Shown here: piece by piece, positions 13,515 through 24,496 of the stretch | How the letters are laid out: every line of letters begins with the position of its first letter | Position numbering within the stretch: the first letter of the stretch is position 1 | Assembly (NCBI GenBank): GCA_002104905.1 | Contig: MCFE01000461.1 | Coordinates: 1-64,000, forward strand | Source: Basidiobolus meristosporus CBS 931.73 | Taxonomy: Eukaryota > Fungi > Basidiobolomycota | DNA: 64,000 bases | Direction: 5' to 3' | Notes under the pieces: model-generated | Told to the model about the DNA's origin: nothing | What the model saw: the letters and a program-made list of their open reading frames with translations, nothing else | Database searches by the model: none | Made by a program: the position numbers and the translations under genes

Positions 13515-14430
13515 TGTTATGATCTACCACTTAAATGTTGAAGTTAGATGTGTTTTTAGTCAAATCAATTAGGTATATGCTTAGCCTATCAGTATATCAG
13601 TGTTACCTATCAAATCAGTAGCATTAGTCAGAAAATGAATCAGCAGACCTTTATCAGACAGTAATAGATATATTAAGTAGGATCTTATTGGGTGATGATG
13701 ATGCAATTAAATAAGTCATCAGCCACAACCTACATTAGGAAATACAATTAGTCAGCAATTGATCTTGCAAAATGTATATTAGGAGCTGCTGGAACCTCAA
13801 TAAAAATCAGCTCAAGTTTTAGTGAATACAATACTAGCTAAACTCTCTATTCCTCTACAACACTTAAACCAAGACTTACAACATTGGTAGCAGCAATAAC
13901 CAGAAACGTGCCTCCTAAAGAAAGAAGAAGCCTCCCTTAAGATGTCCAAAAATCAAGAATGGAAGAATGCTATGCAGCAAGTCCTGGCCCAATAGCAAAA
14001 GTTACTCCAGATCCTTAGCCAGCAGCAACAAGGAACAACTACCTTGGCCCAAAGGCAGCAAAACCCTGTCAAGAGCTACTTTAGTGTAAAAGTCAACCAG
14101 TACCATGGTGGAGTCAATGAAAACCTGGGAACTTGACTTTTGTAGATTGAGGAAGCTTTCAAGGCTAAGAGATTTGCTTCAGAAAGTAAGTTGCATTTTG
14201 CAGCCTCTTACCTGGCAGATGCAGCTTTACTGTGGTACTACAACAAGATTAGGTAAGCCACCATGATGGGATACTCTACAATATTTACCTGGGATGAGTT
14301 TGTGTTGGAAATTCAGGATGCTTTTGAGCCTCCACACCAGCCGACACTACTAGGAAGAAAGTTGAAGACACTCAGAGAAGAAAGGAATGGCTCAAGAGTA
14401 CATCTATGAATATGAATGTCTAATTGAACA
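13515..14430 (+). mobile_element. Gypsy family A 5' part: 5' LTR (13515-13883), PBS and decayed gag
   Basis: LTR matches 2079-2446. TGGTAGCAGC starts 1 nt after the LTR. Retrotransposon-gag-like reading YHGGVNENLGT*LL*IEEAF...YLADAALLWYY...QEYIYEYECLIEQ. Confidence 0.88.
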
Positions 14431-14966
14431 ACCTGTTGAGAGAAGCTACTCTGCCATCAAGAAGGAGCTACTTGCCATAGTCTTTGCCTTGAAGAAGTTT
14501 CATTAGTACTGATGTGGTAACCCTTTTACTTTGTACACTAACCACCAAGCCCTTGTCTACATCCAAACTCAAAGGACTCTGACTTCAATGCTTACCAACT
14601 GGCTTGATACTCTACTTAATTATGAATTCACAGTTATTCATTGCCCAGGAATTCTCAACATCCTGCCTGATCACCTTCAAGACTTTTCCAACCTCACCTT
14701 GGGAGACATATGTGATTACTGACATAATCAGTAAGCTTACTACAACTTCCAAACTAATTTCTCAGCTGGATTCAGTGACTTGGAAAATCCCACATGCCAA
14801 TGAGAGGAGAACATCGATACAGAGGAGTCATTTACTTGGCCACTTTGGAGCTGACACATTTATGAAGAAGCTACACTCAGATGGATATCACTGGCCAAGT
14901 ATTAGAGCTGACTGCCTAGAATTTGTCAAATCTTGCAGAGAATGTCAACTTGACAATATCACCTGC

Positions 14967-16037
14967 TGTGGTGGTGTATAAGTCCAAGAGAGAGATACGT
15001 CCAACACTTCTCAAGTGTTTTTTGTGTGGGGTGTTCACTGGGTGCAATAACCTCTGGCAAAAGCTTGCTAGGAATACTTGGGTTCTGTCTCTAATCTAAT
15101 GTGAAGGGGAATAAAGCCACAAGGTTGTCAAGGGAAAGCTATTGAGCTACAATCCCCAACTTAGTTGGCGTCTTAACAAAAGTATGTGCTGGGTTCAGCA
15201 TCCTTTGAGATGACAGTATACTAAAGCTTCCAAAGTCAAAACAACTGTAAACTCCACCAGCAGGGACTTGATAAGAATGCAGCTGTGGTCAATAGTAACA
15301 AAGACAGAAAAGTATCTTTGCCTGTACAAGAACAAACTTGGGAAAGAATCAAATATAATAGAAGATACCTACTCTGAGTATTCCTCACAAGTAGTGCCTC
15401 CAAGGTCAGTTGGCTGTCAGCATGGTTTCCCAGGAGTGTCCTGTGGTCTGTGGTTGGAAGTTCAGGTAGCAGCAGGTAGCAGTGATCACACTAATCAACA
15501 AGTTGATATATTGATAAAAGGGATGATGATTTATTGTTGAGGGATAGCCTCCCTTATATACTTTTCTCACTGGCTAAGTGATTACTAATCATGGTGTTCC
15601 AGAAGGTTCCGGATATCAATAGAAATCTTAATGACATCAGAATGACCTAAGAATGTTCTAAGTAGGTGCCAGAAGGTTCGAAGAGGCACAGCACATCCAA
15701 CCAATCAAGAATCAGTACTCTGAAACCTGTGTAACATGGGGATACCATATATGGTATGGAAACGGTGGGGATGGTGACACAGGTTGGTCATGTGTCACGG
15801 GTACTGGCACGGGTACTTGTCAAATATAGAAGTACTGGTAGCTAGTAATCTTACATAAAGTGAGGGGTAACTTATGCAATAAGGTAAGCAGGTGTGATAG
15901 TCAACCGGCTTATGGGATAGTACTGATTGGGTAAGACAAATGGGATAAAACTAAAATAAGTGTAGTAGAGATATAGGGAAGTAGAAAATAAGGGAATGAG
16001 CACATCTGTCAGTGGGTGTCACTGTCACCCCACTACA
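14967..16037 (-). repeat. Solo LTR-E (1071 bp) inserted in the family B integrase, 4-bp TSD
   Basis: TGTGGTG...CACTACA termini. TSD CTGC/CCGC differs by one CpG transition, and removing the insert restores the reading NITRHGFH. Minus-strand TATA (~15556) and AATAAA (~15530). Confidence 0.88.
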
Positions 16038-17118
16038 CCGCCATGGATTTCACTCTTCAATTCCCATCCATGCAAGCCTTGCTATGGATCATATTGTAAT
16101 TGATCTAGCTGGACCTTTCACCACTAGTGATGATGGTAATCACTACCTCTTTGTAAATGTGGATGTCTGCACATATTTGTCTTCCTCAAAGCTATCCCAG
16201 ACAAGTATGCTGCCACTAGTGCACAAACATTATTCAAGCTCTTCTGCCTATTTGGAATCCCTAAGGTCATTCAGTTGGATAATGGAACAGAATTTGTGAA
16301 TCACGTGATCCAAGCCCTTTGCCAGAATAGCACCATTGATCACTGTCTGATCACTCCCTATCATTGCAAAGCTAATGGACTTGCTGAAAGACATGCTCAG
16401 GCCTCAGTAAACATCACCAGGAAATCTATCAAAGGTATCAAGAAGAATTGGGACAAGTACATTCCAATAGTACAGTACACTTTTAGCACCAAATTGCTGC
16501 TCTACATGAATCAATGCCATTTTCTTTGATGTTTAGAAGAAAATTCAACCACTTTGGAGACTACCTGAATACAGAGTTAGCAAAGTTGAATACAAATGAG
16601 CTAAAGAACCAACTTGAGTACCTTACCAACATTATCTACCCCGCTATTAGTGCCAGAAGTAAGACTTTGCTGCTAAAGATGACTTCAACATACACCTCAA
16701 GACACAGGAACAGCAGTTTTCCTGATTGGTCATATATCATGACACTAGATCCAATCCAACAATCTAAACTTGACCTCAAATATGAAGGCCCATTCAAGTT
16801 GTCACATGTACCACTGGAGGATCTTATGTACTTCAGGACAATACTAGAGCACTGCTACCCAAAAATGTTCCACCTTCTTCACTGAAGCTTATATCTCAAG
16901 ACCCAGTTACTTCAGAATCCTATGAATCTGAAGCTATTGTTGACCATGATGGAGAAGAACCAAATTGCCTTTATTTAGTCAAGTGAAAAGGTTAAAATGC
17001 CAAAAACAACATCTGGGAACCTTATACCAACATTGATGATGTTGCCATCATTGATCAGTGTTGGAGCTGCAGGGGAACCCAGAAGATATTAAGAAACTCC
17101 TCTCCCAGGAGGAAGTGA

Positions 17119-17815
17119 TGTTGTGCATTAACATTTAAAACTTAGCCTATTTTACTCCATTAGAAAATCTAGAACCCTACATGATTATCTCTAACCCAAA
17201 CATAGCTAATCCCAGTTATAGTTTATTTTATCACATCTCAGAATTTATTTTGAGCTGTGACACCTGATCATTTTTCATGCAGTCATTACATCCTCAACTG
17301 ATTTGCTAATCCTTTCCAAGTGACTAGTCATCTGAGATCTTTCCAACCACTTAGTAGCTGCCAAGACATCAGCAGATTAATGATGCAATCTCTCATTTAT
17401 CTTATGCACCTATGAGCACCCCAACATATTTCAATTACTCCAGTCTCTTGGTGCTTACTATATCAACTTGATCAGAATATGTAATAATGATTACTAAACC
17501 TTATGGTTTAGTATGCGTCTCAACAAAATTAGGATTGTGCCTCAGCAAAACTAAGAATTCAACATTGTTGTTCTAGTTTCCACCAAAGCCTAGTATATCT
17601 AGCATTCCCAAGAGCACCAAGCCTAGCCTGCATAGCAAACCAACTCCGTTGCCATTATAGCCCAACTCAGCTGTAAACACAACTAATATTAGACCAGAAC
17701 CTCTCTGCTAATATTTCTGTGACTCTCGACAATTCTTAGATTCTGCACTTAGTTGTCAATGAGGTTCAGTTAACTCATTCAAGATATTTATTTCACTTTT
17801 GTCTTGGATACAACA
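17119..17815 (+). repeat. LTR-B (697 bp), 3' LTR of the chromovirus
   Basis: TGTTG...CAACA; follows the PPT; inverted copy at 18199-18894. Confidence 0.93.
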
Positions 17816-17910
17816 GGAAGAAGCTCTGCCTAAGTTCAGGGAGCTTAATGCTAAGGTGGAGAGAGAAATTTATTAGGACTAGTCAGTATCAGCATTTAGT
17901 TGACTGCAAG

Positions 17911-18959
17911 TATTATAATAAATTGTGATTCCCCCTAAATACTCACCTATCTTAGTCACTTGAATCATTACCTCCAAATCCTAGAGATTACTGACCAAAA
18001 TATTTGTTGGGATTTACTTTGAATATTTTCACCAAAATATCAGGTACCCATAACATAAAAACTCTCAAAGTTGCTCAAACAGCCCCAAACTTTGCACAAA
18101 TGCTTTTGGGACCTTTCTAAGCCCATTATATATGTTTTTATTCCAAGGCCAAGTATAAGTATATATACTACTTTTACATTCAACAAATGATTGAGTGATG
18201 TTGTATCCAAGAGAAAAGTGTAATAAAGCTCTTGAATGAGTTAACTGAACCAAAGTGATAACTAAGTGCAGAATCTTAGAATTGTTGAGGGTGACAGAAA
18301 TATTAGCAGAAAAGTTCTGGTCTAATATTGGTTTTGTATATAGTTGATTTGGGCTATATAGGCAACAGATGTGGTTTGCTATGCAGGCTAGGCTTGGTGC
18401 TCTTGGGAATGCTAGATATGCTAGGCTTGGGTGGAAACTAGAACAACAATGTTGAATTCTTAGTTTTGCTGAGGCACAATCTTAATTGTGTTGAGACACA
18501 CACTAAACCAAAAGGTTCAGTGATCTTTATTTATATTTTCTAATCAAGTTGAATTAGTAAGTGCCAAGAGACTGGACTAATTGAAATCTGCCAGGGTGTT
18601 GATAGGTGCATAAGATAAATGAAAAATTGCATCATTAATCAGCTGATGTCTTGGCAACTACTAAGTGGTTGGATAGATCTCAGATGACTAATCCTTTGGA
18701 AAGGCTTAGCAGATCAGTTGAGGATGTAATGGCCATTTGAAAATTGATTGTGTGTGACAGCTAAAAATAGATTTTGAGAAGTAATAAAATAAACATACCA
18801 GGGATTAGCTATGTTTTGGTTAGGGAAAATCAGTCAGGGTACTAGATTTTCTAATGGAGTAAATTGGCTAAGTTTTGAATGTTGATGCACAACCAGTGAA
18901 AACTACATAATCTATTTGTTCTCCCAATAGCTTCTAATATCTCCAAGATTCTTACAACA
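17911..18959 (+). repeat. LTR-C copy split by a nested LTR-B
   Basis: 17911-18198 plus 18900-18959 align with 21209-21558 and end in CTTACAACA. No TSD found. Confidence 0.82.
18199..18894 (-). repeat. Solo LTR-B, inverted, with perfect TSD
   Basis: Reverse complement of 17119-17815 (696 bp); TSD AGTGA at 18194-18198 and 18895-18899. Confidence 0.94.
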
Positions 18960-18964
18960 GTTAT

Positions 18965-20490
18965 AATGCAAACTCCTCAGGCTTGCAGTTAAGTAGGCTG
19001 TTGAGAATCTCTGCAGAGCTGCCAGCTGATCATTATGATGATGTAGATGAGAATTTAGCAAACGCTGTTGCATTGGTTGAGAACCCGTAAGTGGCCATCA
19101 TAACATCACAACCACCCATATTAGCAAGTATGTTGTCAGCTCATACCAAAGCATTAATGAGGCACATAGGTGCAGTGGCTGATAGGATAGATGCAATGGC
19201 CAGAGCAATCAGGAGTCAATCCAGAGACAGGATGAGGGGATAATATGTGCTGAACAATTGATATCCCAGGTAGTGAACACAGTATCCTTGCTGCAAAGAA
19301 GGAACTCAGGTAGCACAATGTCACAGCTAAGAATTGAGCCATTTCCCAATTTGACATCAGAGGAACACTATACAGTCTTTGAAGCATTACTGCAATGCCC
19401 AAAGATAAAGCTCACAGAAAAACCTATCATGCCATGGCATGGAGACACTGTGGTGTTTATACCATAGCCTAAAAATCAAAAGACATTGAAGATCTGTGAC
19501 GCCTTTGAGTGCACTGATGATGAGTGGGCTAATTTTGATGAGGCTGTCATAAGTCTAGCATGCCATCACCTTAAGGCCAGCATACCATGTGACCTTCAGG
19601 AACTCAAGGCAAATGGGATGTGCCTGCCCTGTTACATGAGCATTTTGCTAAATACAAACATACAAGCAGATCTTGGACAAGCATTGGTATGCCAAGAAAG
19701 CATTTCAAGAGTAGCAGAAACAATCAAAGGCAGAAAGCCGGGGCAACATGGCTAAAAAATCAGTGGCTTCATCAGGGAATCATAACAAGCAGGACCCAAA
19801 GCTCTCAGTAAGCACCAAAGAGACACTAGGTAGCTGGGAGAGTGCCAATGAGGGACAAGCAGGTAGACACAGTTGCACCTGCATAACATTTATCAAGGGA
19901 AAAGCGTATTCCATTTAAGAAGCACTGAGTCAAGGTAGCTGTGAAGGACCTGACAGTGATTAAATCCCAGCAGCTTCCTCAAGTTCCTGTCACAATCAGG
20001 GCTAAAGGCATAAACAAGTGGCAAAGAAATGTCAGCTTGCCAGAAGAGCTCTGATGAGGAATAAGAAGGCTGAAACAGGTGCACCAGTACAGGATTTATG
20101 AAGAAGAAAATGTAGCTCAATACCAGAAGCACCCAGACAAAGTAGCAGTCAAAAACCTGGCAGTGTTCAAGAAAAAGGAAAGCAGAAAAAATTCTACCCA
20201 AGCCAAGACCAGGAAGCATAAGGAGAATGCTGCAGCTGTTGCCAATTAATGCCTTACACCTGGACCAGGCTGAATCCTATCATAGCCTATAAGAATAACC
20301 AACAAGACAAATGCTGTTTTCTTAAGAGTTAGAAGCACAGCTAGTTAAGCTACAATACAGTGAGGTAAATGAGCTTGCAGAGAAAGGCAACTTGTCTATC
20401 ACAGCCACCATTGTAGACAGAGTGGATATCCCACTGATAGATACAGCTACAGTGTTAAGAACTCAAAAGACAATTGCAACAACTACTGTT
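18965..20490 (+). pseudogene. Decayed, 5'-truncated copy of the CACTA-associated accessory gene
   Basis: SQLRIEPFPNLTSEEHYTVFEALLQCPKIKLTEKPI and KICDAFECTDDEWANFDEAVISLACHHLKASIP match the minus-strand copy at 23453-23758. Confidence 0.8.
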
Positions 20491-21208
20491 AAGTATTGGA
20501 GCAATAACCCTATGAAAACTATATATATATGTATAAATATATATAAAAAAATTTGGTCAAAATTTTTCATCACAACAATGTATAGGTGGCTTTTGATTGG
20601 TTCCCTGCAATTTGCTCACTTTCTGATCCCAGACGCTCTATTGCCTCCTACATTTGTGCAAATTGATTGGCTATTGCCTCTTTTTCACACTCCTTACTTC
20701 CTGACTCAACCATATCTCTTACTTTTCATGCATACAAATTGATTTATTTCTGTTGAAACTTCAGTTGTACCTCAATTGCCAATTGTATTGACCTTTACAA
20801 GTCTCTATACCCTACACTAACCTTAAGCCCAACCCCACACTCAACAAGTAACTCCATCAAAATCCATCACTCAATAAGTATTTCTGCTGTAATGCTCTGG
20901 TTCCATGACTTTGGCAGGAACCCAACGGCTTTATACCACTGTTCATTCACTGGTTCCCACACGTCCTGGTCTTCAGCCGGCACTGCACGGTCTAGCTCCT
21001 CATCTGCTAGTCTTTGCAAGAAATCCTTGCAATATTCCAGTGCGTTTTCTTGAGCACTGCTCTTAAAGAAGTGCTGCAACCTCTTGGTGTGCCTATTAAT
21101 GTTCCAAAACTCCACTGAAGGCATTGTGATAGTCTTTCAAGCTCTTGATGTTGAAGCCTTGTCTATCAGTGGGATCTCCACTCTATCAACAATGGAGGCT
21201 GTGGAGAC

Positions 21209-21558
21209 TGTTGTAAAAATTCGTATTTTCCACCTAAATATTCACCTAACTTAGTCACTCAGATCATCACCTTCAAATCCTAGAGAATACTGACCAAATT
21301 CCTTGTCGGGATTTACTTAGAATATTTTCACCAAAATACCAGGTACCCAGAACATGAAAATTCTCAAAGTTGTCCAAACAGCCCCAAACTTTGCACACAT
21401 GCTCTTGGGACCTTCCTTAACCTATTCTACGTGTTTGCAATGCCAAGACCATGTAAAAGTATAAATACTACTTTTACATTCAATAAATCATTAAGTGAAA
21501 ACCACATAATCTACTTGTTCTCCAAATCACTTCCAATATCTCCAAGACTCTTACAACA
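21209..21558 (+). repeat. Solo LTR-C (350 bp) with perfect TSD
   Basis: TGTTGTAA...TTACAACA (8-bp inverted termini); TSD GAGAC at 21204-21208 and 21559-21563; internal TATAAA and AATAAA. Confidence 0.94.
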
Positions 21559-22210
21559 GAGACAGTGGAGGGTGTGGTAGACAAGTTGCCTTTTTCAGCA
21601 AATTCATATACCTTGCTGGAGTGTAGCTCAACTGGCTATGCTTCCAACTCTTGTGAAAACAGCTGTTTTCTTGTTGGTAATTCTTCTTGGCTATGATGGG
21701 ATTCAGTCTATTCCTGGCTTGCAGCATTAATTGGCAAGAACTGCAGTTTTTTTTGCATGCCTCCCTGTCTCAGGCTTGGGTAGACATATTTCCTTTTACC
21801 TTTTCCTTTATCACTGCCAGGTCTTTCACTGCTACTCTGTCTGGGTGCTTCTTGTAAAGAGCTATGTTTTCTCCTGGATAAATTCTGCTCCAACGCATCT
21901 GTTTTGGCCTGCTTGTCCCTTGCTGCCACTCTTCTGACAACTTGATGTTTCTTTTCTGCTTGTTTTGAGCTCTCAACCATAGTTGTGACAGGCTCCTGTA
22001 AAGTTGCTTGCTTTTATCACTGCCAGGTCCTTCACTGCTACTTTGACTGGGTGCTTCTTGAGTGGTACTACGCCTTTTCCTTGATTAATGTTGTGCTAGT
22101 GCATCTGTGTCTGCCTGCTTGCCCCTAACTGGTACTCTTCCAGCTGCCTGACATCTTTTTGATGCATATCTGCAGCTTTTGGCCCTGCTTGTAATGGGCT
22201 CTTGAGGAAG

Positions 22211-23304
22211 TGTTGTGTTGTATTATGATTAGTTTGGGGCTTGTTCTACAATGTAGAGGCTAATCAACAATATACAACAACTTCCAGTATGCTAATACTG
22301 AAATAGTTTATTAGGAGTTTGATATACCGATAGAAGATATAACTTTCACTAATTTCCTCAATCTTAGGCTCAAAATATACAGTAGGCAGTGCTTATCACT
22401 TCTACAGCAGTGTTCTGACCTTCTGTTGACTAAGGGGTTTATTTACTTTTGTAGTAACTTTTCCTTATTTGGAAGTCACTTTCCTTTCTGAGAAAATATT
22501 TCCTAATATGGAAATTCTGAACTCTCCTTTAACCTAAAGGGGTGTGTTGTAGAAGTCTCTACAGGGGGCTTTAGACCTAAAGGGGTGTCTAAAGGGGTGT
22601 CTTTAGAGTAAAGGGGTTTCTTAGAGGGGACTTTTCCAACAGAAAAGTGGTAGTTTCTTGTAGAACTTAGATTGGATTCTTGTGAGCTTTGCAGTCTCTT
22701 TACTGATTTAGTACTGATCAAAGTCAGAATACTCAACAGTGCAAGTGATGCAGGGGAAGTCTTATAACCTTTAAACTTGTAAATGTAGTGTGGAGATTCT
22801 GGAAAGAGAGGCTCTCTCTATTTTTCAGCTGGGGAAGTTATATATATGAAAATTTTGAAGGATCAAAGTTTTTTGGCAATTGCGCAAGCAATACATGTGA
22901 TACAAAGCTAAAATTTTGCAGTGGCGCAGATTGGACATAGGCGCAGCACCTGTAAAATCTCACATGATTTGATTGGCTGGTTCAAAAGTTACACGCAATC
23001 AAAGTCACCATAGTAATCCTAGCAATAAGGCATAGTATATATAATAATTGGACTCTTTTGGTCATGACTCCTTAAGTTCTGCTTCAAATGAGCTGTAATT
23101 TGAGACATGTGTTGGCTACTACGTGTTCTGTATGACATAAAATTCTTGGGTGGATTGCTTGTCAGGGTTTGGAGCATTTGCTCTTCAAAGTTGGAAATTC
23201 TTGATCTTTCACTTGTGTGTTACAATGGCAAAAAGCAAAATAAAGAAATGAGTGCAATATTGGTTTAGAGATATTGTAGTAATGGAATACTTTCCATTAC
23301 CACA
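22211..23304. repeat. Solo LTR-D (1094 bp) with 4-bp TSD
   Basis: TGTTG...CCACA termini; TSD GAAG at 22207-22210 and 23305-23308. The flanks rejoin collinearly with the uninterrupted gene copy at ~19750-19800. Orientation uncertain. Confidence 0.85.
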
Positions 23305-24496
23305 GAAGCTACTGGTATTTAGCCATGGCACCCTTGTTCTTCTGCCTTTGATAGTTTCTACCATTCTCAAGATACTTTCTTAGCATACCAATGCTGGCCT
23401 AAAACCCATTTGCCTGTTTGAATCTAGGATAATGCTCATGGAACAAGTCAAGTTAATTCTGCTTGGCCTTGAGTTCCTGATGGTCCCATGGTATGCTGGA
23501 CTTAAAGTGATGGCATGCTAGACTTCTGACAGCCGCTTGTATATTAGCCCACTCTTCATTATTGCACTCAACAGCTTCACAGACCTTCAATGTCTTTTGA
23601 TTTTTAGGCTTTGGTATAAACACAACATTGTCTCCCTGCCATAATGTGATAGGTTTTTCTGTGGGTTTTATCTTTGGGCACTGTTGTTGTGCTTCAAAGA
23701 CTGTACAGTGTTCCTCTGCTGCTACATTGGAAAATGGCTCAATTCTTGGCTGTGACATTGAGCTACTTGAGTTCCTTCTTTGCAGCTAAGATACTGCTTT
23801 CTCTACCTGAAATATTGATTGCTCTACACACATTATCTGCTCATCCTGTTTCTGGACTATTTCCTGATTTCTCTGGGCCATTGCTTCTATCCTATCAGCC
23901 ACTGCACCTAATTGCTTCATTAATGCTTTGGTATGAGCTGACAACATACTTGCCAATATGGGTGGTGGTGATGTTATCATGGCCACTTGCTGATCTTCAG
24001 CTGAGAGTACTGCATTTGCTACATTCTCATCTGCCTGAGCATAATGGTCAGCTTGTGGCTCTGCAGAGGTTCTCAATTTCCTACTTGGCTGAGAGCCTAA
24101 GGAGTCTGCATTATTACCTTCAATGAGCACACTGTCCACAGGGCCTTTTTTGGATGTAGCCCTGCTTATTGCACTGAATTTCAAGGCCAGTTGTTGTCCA
24201 ACTGTTCTTCTGTTGCTATCAGCGGTGGGGTTTGGTTGAGAGCCAGACAACTTTGCTTTGTTTTTTGGTGGCATATATATGGAAGTGAGTCAAACCAAAG
24301 GGGAGATAGTGTTACATATATGTGTGTATGTGGTGCCACAACTTTATTTATAATGCTTACTATGGTGGGTCATCATTAAATCTTACATTCATGTAGGTGC
24401 AATTCCTCAAATACAAGACTGTCTTAAGTTCACATAGGTATTGACCTAAAAGTGATATAATAGCGTTATATTGTTGAAGGTCAAACTGTTTGCCCC

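Larger units (their letters stand above)
14432..17815 (+). mobile_element. Gypsy family B (chromovirus) 3' part: RNase H, integrase, chromodomain, PPT and 3' LTR-B; decayed
   Basis: RSYSAIKKELLAIVFAL...YTNHQAL; HLLGHFG...CRECQ; IDLAGP, DNGTEF, KANGLAER, KYEGPF. Chromodomain YESEAIVDH...YLVK*KG*...WEP at 16921-17070. PPT AGGAGGAAG before the LTR. Confidence 0.92.
20867..24274 (-). pseudogene. Accessory gene of unknown function (MPPKNKAK...), interrupted by two solo LTRs and stops
   Basis: ORF pieces 23786-24274, 23453-23758, 21708-21980 and 20867-21124 join into one collinear reading once LTR-D (22211-23304) and LTR-C (21209-21558) are removed. It has a coiled-coil-like stretch, a helical W/H-containing block and a low-complexity region. 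Internal duplication near 21600-22150. Confidence 0.72.

Noticed and set aside
20867-24274. Accessory gene as a Fanzor/TnpB nuclease (these occur in some CMC elements)
   Set aside because: No RuvC-like catalytic motifs or C-terminal zinc ribbon are visible in any copy.
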